Shown: piece by piece, positions 12,765 through 26,649 of the stretch | Numbering within the stretch: the stretch's first letter is position 1 | Layout: each line of letters opens with the position of its first letter | Origin: Eledone cirrhosa | Taxonomy: Eukaryota | DNA: 64,000 nt | Direction of reading: 5' to 3' | Assembly (NCBI GenBank): GCA_964016885.1 | Contig: OZ024743.1 | Location: 105,462,001 to 105,526,000 of the forward strand | Notes under the pieces: model-generated | Told to the model about the DNA's origin: nothing | The model's input: only the letters and a program-made list of their open reading frames with translations | The model's database searches: none | Position numbers and translations under genes: made by a program

Positions 12765-15700
12765 TGTTTCTTTATTAGCCACAGGGGCACAAAAGATGGG
12801 GACAAATACAAAGGGGGAAATTTACATACAATAAAAACGTGTAAAATGTTATCACAAATGCAATTTAAAAAATTAGTCGATTTACCCCAATAGGGGAGAC
12901 AGTTCATATGGGTAACACATACCCCCGAAAAAATGTGAAACCCTCATCTCCAGGAGTACAAAGAGTTTGTACTCCTTTCCTCTCCTCCTCCTTTTCCTCA
13001 ACCTACAGGCTGATATAGAGAGAAGGCCCATTTACTCGGGCCATTCTCAACACTTTCACCCACCTCTCATAAAACTTGCTGGGGTACAGCACCTATCTCT
13101 CCATTCTGATTCTCCTTCCAAAGTGGTATTTGAAAAAAAGAATCAGTTGTTGACCGGAGAGAAAGGTGTCTGACCTCAGCCCTTTCGACCTTGTCCACCA
13201 TACAACCTCTTTCGCCATAGCTATCACACAAAGGAAAACCGCCTCGCCTTCGTTTTTGAAGGAGGGTGGAGGTTTGATCATGACAATGAACTCGGTGGTC
13301 AACCGGATTGGTCCCACCCGAGACAATAGTCGTTCTATATAGCCCCACAGGTCAGTGACGCCCGGGCAGTGTATGAATGCATGCGCGACGGTTTCTTTGT
13401 TACGCACGCACCTTGGACAGATTTTTTTTGCAGGGTCCCTGCCCGGGCGCCCATGTCTGTAGAGCTTGTCTCGAACTGGTAGAGCTACTCGGTAGACCTG
13501 CCAGGCCAGGGACTTTTGGAAGTTGTCCATCGGTCCCGGGCGGAAGGTCCTACCGAACAGACTGGCCAGTTCATCTTCCTCTACGCCTAGAGTTTCACCG
13601 AGCGCGTCGACGCACTTGCTGCGTATCAACCCTCTATAGAATGACGAAGTGGAGTCTCCACTGATCGCCGGGTCCGCCTGCCAGAGGGCTGTGAGCGCCT
13701 GAGCACATTCGATGTGCCAGTCGCCCATTTTCCTCAGTCTTTGCTTGACCCAGGACTGCAGCTCGGTCACGAGACGAGTCGTGGGAAGGCTCGCCTCACG
13801 AACGGGGCCCACACCGGTTGTCCGGTGAGGAATACGTAGAGATGCCGCAGCCTGAGCGCGTGTTTGCGCATCGTCAACAGCGGCAACCCCAGCCCTCCGT
13901 TAGATGGATCTTCTCACCAAAGGTGCCCGCCTCTTCCAAAGGAATTGGAAGAGCGCGCGCTCCATTTTGGCGAGCGTTTTGGCTGGACAAGGCACGACGG
14001 TCAAGCGGTAGTAGATGGCGGACGCTATAAAAGTGTTCGCCACCTCCGCTCGACATTTCAAGGATAGTTTGCACTCGGACCACTTCTGGGTGAGTGCAAA
14101 CACCTTGGCCGTCACTTCGTTCCAGTTCTTCTCCACCTGGAGGTCCGGACCAAACCAGACCCCGAGCAGCTTTACCGGTCCTTCCGTCCAGCGTCCGACG
14201 ACGCCATCGGAAGGCATCGGTTTGCCTCTCCACGATCCCAGTTGCAAACCGATGGACTTGTTCCGGTTCAGCTTCGCTCCTGTGAAACTTTCGTATTACT
14301 TCAGTAAGGTGCCGATTTCCTCGATTTGCGAGGCGCTCGACACCATTACTGTCACGTCGTCGGCTTAGGCCAACGCCGCTTTCCGCAGTCCCGGTTCCAG
14401 AGGGATGCCCTGCAATAACTCCAACTTCCGCAGTAGTGGCTCGAGAGTCAGCACGTACAGAAGGGAGGAGAGAGGGCATCCCTGTCGAATGGATCGCGTA
14501 ATATGGAACGGCTCCGAGAGGTAGCCGTTCACCTTGACCCTTGAGCAGATGTTGCTGTTGTGCATTGCAGCAATCCAGCCCCTGAACACGGGTCCGAAGC
14601 CTGCCGCCTCGAGCACCGCATCCAGGTAACGATGGTCAACCCTATCGAAAGCCTTAGACTAATCCAAGTTGATCAAGGCCCCATCGAAGCCGGGTTTACA
14701 CCCTACCCTCTCTATGATGTATCGCATGAGGTGGAGGTTGTCGTGTATGGACCTGGTCCGGATTGCGCATGTTTGCGCTTCTCCCACCAGGTTCTCGACG
14801 ACAAGCGCCAGCCTCTTTGCCAACACCTTGGCCAAAATATGTAACTCTGTGTTTAGCAGAGTTATGGGCCGGAGGTTGCCTATGTCATCCCCCTTATTCT
14901 CGTCCTTCCTGATTAGTGTGACTACGCCCCCGGTTACAGAACTGGGAATTCTTCCGTTCTGTTGCCAGTTGTAGTAGACCGATTCCAGGAGACCGGAGAA
15001 TAAGTCCGGCATTGCCAAGTAAAATTCGTAGGGTAGACCGTCGAGACATGGAGATTTGCGTTTGCCGCATTGGCTCAGCACGTGCCCTATCTCAGCGGTT
15101 GAAATCGGCTTTTCGCAGAACTTTGCCTCGCTGTCCGAGAGTCGCAGTAGGCCGCCGAGGTATGGACTGAAAAGCCGCACACATCTGCTCGGCTCACGTA
15201 TCACGCGTCCGTTTTCGTCCTTCAAAGACCGAATCGTGGACTTGTTGCCAATTTTTGCCTCCGTCACTCGGGCCCAGCTAACAGCTTTGGCTCCCTCGTT
15301 TCCCAGAGCACGTATTTTGCTTCTGACAACGCAGCCCTCGTGCTTTGCGTCGAAGAACTGGTCCAAGGCCGTTCTCGTTGCTAGCACGCTGGCTACGTTG
15401 CCACTTCTAATTGCCTCTTCTACTTTATCTACCAGTTCCTTCTCGGTTCTATTTCTATCTAATGCTAAATCTTTACTAAAAACTAACGAGTCTAATCTAA
15501 CTGCCCTCTTGAGAGAGTACCACCATCTGTTGTTGACAATGGCCCCTGTCAAGTGCTGTTTAACTAAAGTGCTAATCCGTCTACTGTAGGCGTTGCTTGT
15601 CGGTAACGACAAGTTCAGCTTCCAGTAGCCGGGTCCTTGTCTATGGGTTCTATCAAGGTTGGCCATGCCATGCAGGTCACTAGTTTGTGATCTGAATAGG

Positions 15701-15841
15701 CAATCATGAACATTTGTGGACAGCTTAACATGTCCCTATCCTTATTTCTAACTAGAACCCTATCTAGGTACGATCTAGATGTTCCGCTACGATTAGTCCA
15801 CGTCCACAGTGGCACAGTCGGATAATCTAGTCGATATCTAT
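12765..15841 (-). mobile_element. Tx1-like LINE copy B, 5'-truncated, ORF2 disrupted
   Basis: Starts inside the APE domain (RYRLDYPTVPLWTW). RT ORFs 14659..15666 and 14365..14616; zinc finger CPRCVRNKETVAHAFIHC; 3' end AATAAAGAAAC followed by TATC-type repeats. Confidence 0.92.
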
Positions 15842-17415
15842 GGGATGGTTGGTGACAGTGCATGGATGCGTCATCCTGAGGCATGACGATGCAGTGGGAC
15901 GACGGCCAGCATGCAAGGAAGAGTGCAGGAGTGGACGGTGGCAAGGATGCGGCATGGTGAGCCAAGGCAGTTTTGAAGGAGCACTGCGGGCAGGTAAAAG
16001 AAAGGGCCGAGGAGGGGATGGCGGCTGACAGAACATTGATGCGGCATGGTGATACATGACGATGCAGTGGGACGACGGCGTGCAGGGAACGGAGAGGGCA
16101 GGGGTTGACGGAGGCAGGGATGCGACTTGGTCCCTCAAGACTGCCATGCCTAGGCAGTGGAAAGGGTCGGGGAGTGGGTGTCGGCTGACAGGGCAGGGAT
16201 GCAACATGATGAGTCATGACGAAAGGGCAGGGTGCATGGCGGCTGACGGCGTGGATGCGGCATGCCAATTGAGTTGCACCTCGGGAATGTAGAGAGCACC
16301 GGGAGGCACGATGATTGTTTGAGAAAACCGGGTGCAAGGCAGGATGTTTATCGGCCATACATGATCGGTAGTCTTTGGAGGTGAAAGGGATGAATTTTTG
16401 TTTAATTTTGTTAAATATGGTCAAAATGAATGTAAAAAGACTTACACAGGATCATCTTTATGTTCGGTGCTGTTTTTGGTCTGAGATAATTAGCGGTTAT
16501 GTGCGGTGCAGGAACAAATCATGCTGATGACATTTGAACAAGTTGCTGATAGGGCAGGAATGCCGCCTGGTGAGCCATGGCAGTCGTGAGGGACCAGGGC
16601 GTGCGGGCAAGGAAGAGGGCAGGGGTTGACGGTGGCAGGGATGCGGCTTGGTTAGGCATGGCAGTCTTGAAGGAGCAAGGCGGCCAGGCAAAATAAAAGG
16701 CTGAGGAGGGGATGGCGGCTGACAGATCATGGAAGAAGGATGGTGAGGCATAACGATGCAGTGGGTCGAGGGCGTGCAGGGAAGGGAGATGGCCGGGATT
16801 GACGGTTGCAGGGATTCCGCATGGTGAGTCATGGCACTCGTGAAGGACCAAGGTGTGCGGGTAAGAGACAGGGCAGGGGAGGGCATGGTGGCTGACAGAG
16901 CATGGATGCGGCATGGTGAGGCATGACGATGCAGTGGGACGACGGCGTGCAGGGAAGGGAGAGGGAGGGACTTGATGGTGGCAGGGATGCGACTTGGTTA
17001 GGCATGGCAGTCTTGAAGGAGCACGGCGGGCAGGCAAAATAAAGGGCTACGAGGGGATGGTGGCCGACAGGGCAGTAATGCGGCATGGTGAGGCATGACG
17101 ATGCAGTGGGACGACGGCGTGCAGGGAAGGCAGAGTGCAGGGGTTTACGGTGGCAGGGATGCAGCTTGGTCAGGCATAGAAGTCTTGAGCTCTCATTGAG
17201 TGTAGGCAATCGAAATGAGCAGGGGTGGACGGTGGCAGGTATTTGGCATGTTGAGCCGTGGCAGTCCTTAAGGACTACGGAGGGCAGGCAATGGAAATGG
17301 CCGGAGAATGAATTGCGGCTCACAAGGCAGAGATGCGCATGGTGATGCACAACGATGCAGTGGGTCGACGGCGTGCAGGGAAGGGAGAGGGCAGGGGTTG
17401 ACGGATGCCTCATTA
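15842..17415. repeat. GC-rich diverged tandem repeat (~90-bp subunits forming ~180-bp units)
   Basis: Recurrent GCATGACGATGCAGTGGGACGACGGCGTGCAGGGAA and GGCATGGCAGTCTTGAAGGAGCA units in two blocks (15842-16260, 16540-17415). Confidence 0.85.
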
Positions 17416-18069
17416 TGCTACGTTCGTGGGACCACGGGAATGAAGAGAGCGCATGGAGGCTCGATGATCGCTTGAGAAGACTGGGAGCAATACAGGATGA
17501 TGCGCGGCGGTATAGTCTTGATAGTCCTCATATAAGAAATGGAAGAATCGGCATAAAAGTTTGCTGAATATGGTGATCGTTAATTTAAAGAGTCTTACGG
17601 TGGATAATCCTGCTAGATTGAGCGTCTTTTGCATGGCGGGAGTCGCGACAAATGGAAGCAAGAAGAATGGCGTTTTTCGGTTGCCGGATTTTTGCCTTGG
17701 GGGGTCCGATTATCGATTTATCGAAATTTTAAGTACCCTTTGTTGATCCGCGCATCAAAATACATAACTACGTCAAATTTCATTGGAATCGGACAAATTT
17801 CGTAAATATCGATTTTTGCCTCGGGTGATCTAATTATCTTTCGAAAATTTAATGTAGACCACGTTCATCCCCGGATCAAAATACACACTTGCGTCGAGTT
17901 TCATCGAAATCGAACGATTTTTGTAAATATCGATTTTGGCTATTCCAATCTACGTGTCGAATTTTATATATGTGTCAAGTTTCATGAAAATCGGATGAAC
18001 GGTGTAGCCTGCAAGTTCGGGACACCAAACAAACAAACAACGCCCAACTTCACTTTATATATAAGAAGA
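15842..18069 (-). mobile_element. Helitron-like non-autonomous element with internal GC-rich satellite; 3' end not seen
   Basis: Minus strand begins A|TCTTCTTATATATAAAGTGAAG...(GTTT)n...CCGATTTTCATGAAACTTGACACA, the TC + microsatellite 5' architecture known from Lep1-like Helitrons. Subterminal ~120-bp repeats at 17670-17950. Truncated at the LINE B junction. Confidence 0.6.
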
Positions 18070-18094
18070 TATATATATATATATATATAAGAAG

Positions 18095-18132
<38 letters not shown>

Positions 18133-18304
18133 GTGTCTAGCAAAAAATTGTTTATCCTTGTGAGCCGGGTCGTCGCTCTAGTATAAACAGGAGTAAGCAG
18201 GAGAAAACTCTATATTCGTAATATGTAGTGATGATGAAGATTCAGTATAAGAATAACATCAAGATAGTTTCTTTATATAAAGCGTTTATTAACTATAATT
18301 ATTT

Positions 18305-18420
18305 CTATGCAAATCCTGCCGAGGTTAACTTTGCCTTTCATCCTTACGGGGTCGATGAAATAAAGTACCAGTAATGCACTGGGATAATTGCTGGCCTTGT
18401 GCCAAAAGTAGAAATAATTA
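18305..18420 (+). mobile_element. SINE family A, 5'-truncated
   Basis: CAAATCCTGCCGAGGTTAACTTTGCCTTTCATCCTTACGGGGTCGA...GGCCTTGTGCCAAAAGTAGAAA. Confidence 0.85.
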
Positions 18421-19162
18421 TAATTATTTCTATGGCGTCTCGTATCCTGTAAAGGTGCAGTAGTTTCATCTGTTGCGACGTCATCAGTTGAATATACAAT
18501 TGACATGTGCGACGTCATCAGTTGAATATACAATTTATTTCACGTTACCCTTGTTCTCTCAGTTGTAGAAATTAGTTGTGACTTCACTGATACCATGCTG
18601 TTTTGCCTTTTACCTTTCCCTTAGAGGATTACAGCGCTGTGCAGTGGAGGAGACTGGTATGCATGGCCGTATGTTGGTCTTCCACAAAGAAGCTGACTTG
18701 GTCTCGTGCCTCGGACGGGAAACTTTCTAGGTGCAAAACGAATGGTCAATTGTGACCGAAAGCTGTCATGGCTTTGATCGACTCCGGCCAGTTTTGGCGC
18801 TGGCCATGTACGACCTAATAGCTCCACCTGACAAAAAACATGCATCCTTGCAAGGACCTGAATATTTTATACATACATAAAAACAAATGCTGACATACAT
18901 GTTTAGGGCCATAGCTGAGGCATGAGAGTGATCCTCTTAAATCACAGACGTGCTTATACAGAAATGCACGATATATATGTGTGGATGTATATCTATATAT
19001 GTATGTATATATGTATGCATATTTATGTGTATATATAGATGCGTATAGGTATATATATATATATATACGCATATTTATATATGTATTTATATAGTGTATG
19101 TATATGTATATATATATCCATATACATATACATATACACACACACACACATATATGTATATA

Positions 19163-19195
<33 letters not shown>

Positions 19196-22004
19196 GCGTG
19201 CGTGTGTGTGAGTGTGTATAAATATTGATATATACATATACATACGCACATATGTTTAGAGCTGTTAAGTGACATAAATATTTTCGAATAAACTCAAAGA
19301 CGCTGTCAAAAATGCACATATGCCCCCCCCCACACACACACACATACACACGCGCCCCCTCCCACACACACGCACGCCCATATACACCCCGCGCCCCCTA
19401 TATATATGAAATGACATATATACATATTTATGCCTTTTTCACTCACATCAGCAAGTAATTTAATATTATATATTCCTGATTTCCTAAAAAAAAAAAAATA
19501 ATTATTTCACGTATCGTTCGGTAGCTTTAGTTTATATTCTACAGTTACAGTTATGTATGTTAATATGATATTTCAAAGAGTGATCTATATATACTTACCT
19601 CCCATTGTTTCTGTCATAGTGTGTGATGTACTTCTTTTTTTATTGATTTTGTGCTTGATTTATGCTACACTTTCTGTATTCGCTGCGGTTATCGAATACT
19701 AATTCACTTGTAAATCTGTTTATCTCTTATTTCGTCTACACGTTTCCTCTTCCACTGAGATATATTCAAATTTTCTCTGATATAATATGTTTCCCTTTTT
19801 GAAAAGCAATATATTCTTCAAAACATTATCATAGAGATATATAGGGTTGTGTAATAAACTTGTTTTACTTGATAATCAAAATGAAGTACCCAACACTTAC
19901 GTCATTACCTTCTGCTCAGAAGTAGGAATTCTGGGCATGATGATTTTACGACGATAATCTGTGGGTAATTATTTGATTAAAAATATCTTCGCAATTTCCT
20001 ATCGAATTCTCTTTTGTTACACATCCGACAACTTATAATTTATTTGTTCCTTGTTCTTCTCTGGGCAACAACGTGACATAAAACGAACGCCTGCCTTAAA
20101 AGAACTTAGGACGAGATTCTTCATCTAAAGATTAACATGCAAGTTTATCTTCAGCATGCTTCATCAGCTAATGATGTTCCTAAAGAGCTCCTTAATATTG
20201 GACATGTTTGAACTGATGACGTACTTGAACTTGCGTAAAAATGTATACATACACCTCAGAAAGACTAAAGTTCTGAAATACAGTCATATGTATAAGTGGT
20301 TAAGTCTCACAATATCAATTACGCATCTCAACATTTAATGGAGTTCCCAAATTCTTTCTTAAACCGGCTATCATGTCATCGGATAATCTTGAACTTAAGG
20401 AATTTATTTTTTTTAGTGTTTTGAGTTGAAAGCTATGCAAAGGCACAATAATTAATCTTTGTGACACTAAATAATTCTGGGATAGAATCAAGTAATAGTT
20501 TGTAGATTTTAAAGAGAGAAGATTAACTCGCGAATGAATATCTTTAACTTAATTTTTTCTCATTTTCAAAATAGTATAGTTGTCTGCTTGTCTATGATTC
20601 TCATTTTCTAATAAGAAATATCACACTCCAACCATTTCAGTTTCTATATGTTTCATTTCTTTTGGGGGTGATCAAATCTGAAAAGGGAATGTAATTTATA
20701 GAGCTTCACGGGTAACGTAGAATAAGTTAAGGATGTTTTCTGAACATAGAAGTTCATGGGGATGTTTTAGTACTTTGAAGGATACGATATTCTTCAATGG
20801 TAATAGATCATCTACGAATCATAATACATCTCTCTATGTACATGTGTTTTTGTGTATATCTATAAACTGAGTATCCATTTTGAATTATTAATACACACAG
20901 TGAATGATACATACACACATCAAATAAAAACAAATTACTTTCCTTAAATATGTGTCTTCTGTGAGGTATGGAATGCAGTTGTTCACTCGAGGGTAATTGC
21001 GATGTCCAGAAAATAGTTTATGAGAACTAACAATAAGTTTCGTTAAAGTTTCTATCGAAATAGTCAAATATTTCTGCAGTTAAATTTTGTTCAGTCAGAG
21101 TTTAGTCGAAAAAAGTTAAATATAACTGACGCAAATCCAGTATGTTACTGGTACTTTCACGGACCTTAGAGGAATGACAATTAAATAATTAGGTAGTCTT
21201 ATTCACAGGCAAACGCAAACATAAACGAGAGAGTTTATTACTGTGCTGCTTTGCCGAAAAACACACAAAATTTACAAGTAACTATATTTTCTGTTTTACA
21301 ACTATTTTCTCTGGTTTTTATCTTGCTTTTAGAATTTTATAGAACTATAGGGAAAGACAATATATAAAAGATAGAAGTCTACTTTTATTTCGTTTTCAGA
21401 ATTTCATTTGTTGCTCTCAAATCGTATGATTTTATTGTCATTTTTGTTCCGAGAAATGTTTTATTCTATATTTATTTATCATCTTCGTTAAACAATATTT
21501 CTGGCTTGTCAATGTACATTTGAGGAATTACGTAAGTTTGGGATTTAGCACAACAGCAGAAAATCAGTTTTATCGGATTGTGCAAGCTTTTATTATTTTG
21601 GGCCAATCAATACTGACATGTTTTATATACAATTGCACACACGCTCACATGATAATCATAATGGGAAAGCTGGTGATAGTTATTGCTTTTGTTGTAGACA
21701 TGTATCTACAGGTTATCTCTGACTCACAAAACATATATCCAACGGCGTTCTACTTACAATCACATATTCTTTGTTTCAGACATAGCGTTCTAGCTTTAAT
21801 AAGGCTGATGAGTATTCAACAGACAATATTTTTCTTTATCGTTGTTATTAGTTAAAATAAGGTGGTAATATGTGTCACAAGGCTGGCTATATGATTACAC
21901 TCACAGTCTAATTTGTAATATAGTGGCACTGGCTATTCCCTTGCTCTCTTAAATTAGTCTTCAGCTAGCATTAGTGTGGCATTATTTCTGATTTCTGATA
22001 TTAT

Positions 22005-22110
22005 ATATTTTAAGCACAAGGCCAGCAATTACCCAGTACATTACCGATAAAATAAAGTACCAGTAATGTACTGGTGAATTGCTGGCCTTGTGCCTAAAAT
22101 AGAAACAACT
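22005..22110. mobile_element. palindromic SINE family A 3' fragment with 14-bp TSD
   Basis: Arms 22014-22044 / 22063-22093; TSD ATTTCTGATATTAT at 21991-22004 and 22111-22124. Confidence 0.8.
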
Positions 22111-22124
22111 ATTTCTGATATTAT

Positions 22125-22335
22125 GTGTGACACTATATGGGGCAAGGCTGGTGATTTGAAATAGTGGTATAGTTCCTTTGACGTTTTATGATAGAATTAC
22201 TATCTACACATTATTACTGGCAATATTGCTTATGTGTAGGTTAATGTAGATGACACGAGCCAACGTTACCTCGCAGTTGGTTTGAACCATGAATCTCATC
22301 ATAGTGATGCGGACTTCTTAGCCATTCGACCTTTC
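22125..22335 (-). mobile_element. old tRNA-headed SINE (second family)
   Basis: Minus strand GGTCGAATGGCTAAGAAGTCCGC...GGTTCAAACC (A/B-box-like). Related decayed pieces at ~21860-21985 and ~23720-24000. Confidence 0.5.
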
Positions 22336-22365
22336 CCCCGTCAACACAAACACAGATAGAGAGAT

Positions 22366-22551
<186 letters not shown>

Positions 22552-22779
22552 ATCTGCGGGGTTACACAAACACATTTCGTGGATGGACATGATTACTACA
22601 AAACATCTCTCCTTATATAATTTGGAAAGGAATATAATCAGAGATGTTATATCACAGATTGCAGAGAACAATTATTTGCACATACACAGCAAATCAAATC
22701 ATTACCTATAAAAGTATTTACGTATTTATTGGGTGATATTTTTCAGCCATATTCTCAAGGACGTGTGGCTGTAGTTTTG

Positions 22780-22855
<76 letters not shown>

Positions 22856-22917
22856 CACGCACACACATACACACACACATACACACACACGTGCACACAC
22901 ACACACTTATATATATA

Positions 22918-23710
22918 TCTAATATATATTTGTGAAATGGGTGGTGGTTGAAATTCAGACGTGCACGGTTAAATGGTAGTAGACGTGGTCGGACAGACAT
23001 GAAACTTTACACACCTATGTAAAAAGTGCCATGGAACCAAATAGAAGAGGGTTCAAATATCTAACTTTAAAATTGTGGTCCCTAGGGCCCCAAAACTATC
23101 GCTGTTCTAATACTTGGCTGAGTTATTTACAATTTCATACACATTTTTAAACTCATCAACGTTCTTTCGCTGTTAACATACAGTACCAATAATTTGAAAA
23201 ATATTATTGAAAGTTTATTATAAAGAAGCAGTTTCAGGAAAAAGTGTAAACTATCATACAAACCTTCATGATATGCATTTTTAAACTTGCATATCATCGA
23301 CATTGCTATTTCGCTGTTAATAAACTATCATCCTTCTACATTTAACGATCATACAGTACCGTTTTATGAAATCGATTCTGCAGTACGGTCACTGTTTTCC
23401 ATCAAAAGAAATAAAACCCTTAAATTGCGAAGAAGGGGGGCGTTTTTTTTATTTATTTCTAATACATGTTAACCACCACTAACAATAAGTAGTATTTTTC
23501 AAATTGCATATCATCGACATTGCTATTCCGTTGTTAATAAACAACGCTTTTCACGTTGCTCCACTTCTCATTGTACGCCGTCCAGCCCCAAGTGCATATT
23601 TCTATTTTTTTTTCCTGAAACTGCTTCTTTATAATAAACTTTCAATAATATTTTTCAAATTATTAACTTAATAAAAAGTGGCCCCGGGTGCAACCGGGCT
23701 CAGCTGCTAG
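22918..23710 (+). mobile_element. non-autonomous Helitron
   Basis: Starts A|TC, ends CTAG|T, with subterminal hairpin CCCGG-gtgcaa-CCGGG (23683-23698); no TSD. Confidence 0.8.
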
Positions 23711-24283
23711 TATATATATAATTGTATCACGGTCGGTTTCGACAATGTGTGTTTCAGTTGTTTGATCAAAGAATCAACCTCCACATGGACTTAATGTGTG
23801 AGTAGCTGAGCATTCTTCCCCCACCCTACTAAGAGAGAGGTGAACCTATCAGCTGGGCAGAATATGACAATGCTGGTCCTTTAATTATGAGTAAAATGCA
23901 TCAGATGTGTTTTCAAGCAGATTGCCTTTCACCACCAAGGTATGTATATCCCTTGCGTAAGATTCCAGCGTGTGGTATTGAATCCAGGGCGTAATAATTA
24001 CGAAAGAATTTAGTCATGTTGCATCCAACAGCTTCAGTTTTAATTCAACTATGAATCCCTAGCCTCCTCAATATAAACGACATGTCGGATAAGATAATCT
24101 TGTATATTGAAGCTGTTGGATTGAAAGACAAAATGATATAATAAATCTGAATAAATAAAACTGACTCGAGTTTAATATCAACAACAACACAATAAATATG
24201 GTTATGAAACAGCAAGTGTATATCACGTTGCAGATTAAAGAAATATTGCCTCTCACATAGAAACTTACTGTATTAATATAATA

Positions 24284-24362
<79 letters not shown>

Positions 24363-24413
24363 CGATGAAATACCAATGATGGTTGGAAGATCACTGATGA
24401 AGGACTAACTTTA

Positions 24414-24459
<46 letters not shown>

Positions 24460-24460
<1 letters not shown>

Positions 24461-24865
24461 CTGTTTGGAAAAGTTCCTAGAATCTCGAATAGTATGCGAT
24501 GCAGTATTCATTCCGCCAATCCGCACCCTCGACGGTGTGTACTTATGATATACTGTGTACATGTGATTTAATTGAACTCTCGACGGTGCTAACTTGCCTT
24601 GCATTACTTGGATGTTGATAAAATGTAACAGCCCGCTACTGGGGTCGATTTTTTCCACTATACATTTCTCCAATTTCGTCTCGATCTCCTTCACTATAAA
24701 TCTACTTTATTTTTTCCTAAAGATGGGATGGGCACCGTCTGCCCATGACACCTCGTATGTCACAACACGGCCCTACGACTCCATTAGTAGTTAAGCGTTC
24801 ATACATACATTTATCAGTGTTTGATAAACAAAAAAAAACGCTTGAATTTTCACGGTTGTACTGTT
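24460..24865 (-). mobile_element. possible pogo/Tigger-like transposon remnant
   Basis: ORF 24458..24694 (KEIETKLEKCIVEK..SGLL) weakly resembles a CENP-B-type HTH; CAGTACAACC terminus-like sequence near 24863. Confidence 0.3.
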
Positions 24866-25787
24866 TTTTTTTTATTTATCAGAAATGGCATATGATGAAA
24901 AAACAATAACACAGTACAATTATCAACTATTATCATTAATCCGTATCACCACAGAGAGCAATAGGAATGAAAATAAATGCTAATAGCATGAGCCAGAGAG
25001 TAATTGAAACAAACATACATAATAAGCCGCAACAATAACAGGAATACGAAAACTCCAATAGTAGCAATTATAAGAGTAAGAACGACAAGAATAATTACAA
25101 CTTCAACAATAAACGTATTAACAAGAAGAAATATCAGTTTAGATATTTGAAATAATAAATAAGAAAAGATAAATTCTGAAACTCGTTTTGGAAATCTAAA
25201 CGATCGGTTTTTTGTATATTTTATCATGTAATTTTCTTCGACCTCAGGGGTTTTCAATATATTTTGTAAAACGAAGATGATGGTGAAAAAGTTATAAGAT
25301 TACTTGTGAGACGGATACAACAAAATACTAAGACAAAAGAAGAAAATAACTTAAACATACAAAAGAGAGAACTAAAATTATTTTCCGCTATTTAGGTAAT
25401 TGTTTTGTAACGAGTCAAATAATTATTTTAAAGTGATCAAACACACGAATACAGGCATGCAGTAATATTCAGATACACGCATGTAAATAGAATTGAATGA
25501 CTCATAACGAAAATATGCTTTATTATAAACACACACATGGTCATATACATACATACAAAAGACACACGCATACAGACAAACACACACACACGCGCATATA
25601 TATTTACATACCAAACACGAGCGTTCTACATATCCTAATAGTTCACCTAATGAGATCTTTATCTGACAGGAATGGAACATTTTTTTAAAACAGTCCAAGG
25701 CTTGAGCAATTGACCATACGAATGAAAGGTGAGACCGGTAAGCCGGGCGACTTGGTATAATAAATAACTCTCTCTCTCATTATTTTT

Positions 25788-25962
<175 letters not shown>

Positions 25963-25964
25963 GT

Positions 25965-26450
25965 GTCAGGTCACTCTTGAGTGAAGAAATCGGCAAACCC
26001 ACCAAGTTTACTTGGTGAGGAGGGTGATTTTGGACACCCTGCAGGACAAAACACAAAACCTTACAAATGGTGGAAGAACTCATAAGAGTCAACGGCCATC
26101 CGAAATTGTGTAAATATGTATATAGACATGTACCGCCCGGTTAAACCACCGGGAGCGAAGGATCCCTAGTCTTTGTCAGGGCATTCTTCTAGGAGGAGGC
26201 AACTCATCAAACTGGGATAACTCCGATATAAAACCTGCGGCTCAGTAGTTACCGATGATGTTGATCTTTTCTTCCTTTCGGGTTATAGCTACTGTCGCTC
26301 AGAGAGGGGGGGATTGGCTCAGTGCACAGTCTTTCCTCACTCTAAAAAATATCTTCACGCACAGGCATTGCACGATAGAATTAATTAATAATTATTAATA
26401 ATGGTATATCGTGCAATGGCCATACTCGATAACGAGGGGGCAGCCATCAT
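25965..26450 (+). mobile_element. dispersed repeat family B (SINE-like or RTE-related non-autonomous element)
   Basis: Collinear with 32642-33075 (GTCAGGTCACTCTT, GGTGATTTTG.ACACC, GTCAACGGCCA, GATATAAAACCTGCG, GGATTGGCTC, GCACAGGCAT). Confidence 0.7.
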
Positions 26451-26649
26451 GTGTGTATATATATAAGAAGCAGCAACATATATATAAGAAGCAGCAACAT
26501 ATATATAATATATAATATATATAATATATATATATATAATATATAATATATATAATATATAATATATATAATATATATATATAATATATAATAAGCAGCA
26601 ACAATATATATGTATATGATGGACTCTCCTGTCGATATAACAAAAGTTC

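Noticed and set aside
18135-18183. Helitron-like 3' end (CCGGG...CTAGT) on +
   Set aside because: Weak hairpin, wrong orientation to close the adjacent minus-strand element, and too short.
18612-18828. Segment bounded by AG/GT on the minus strand (exon-like)
   Set aside because: All three frames contain stops and there is no identifiable product.
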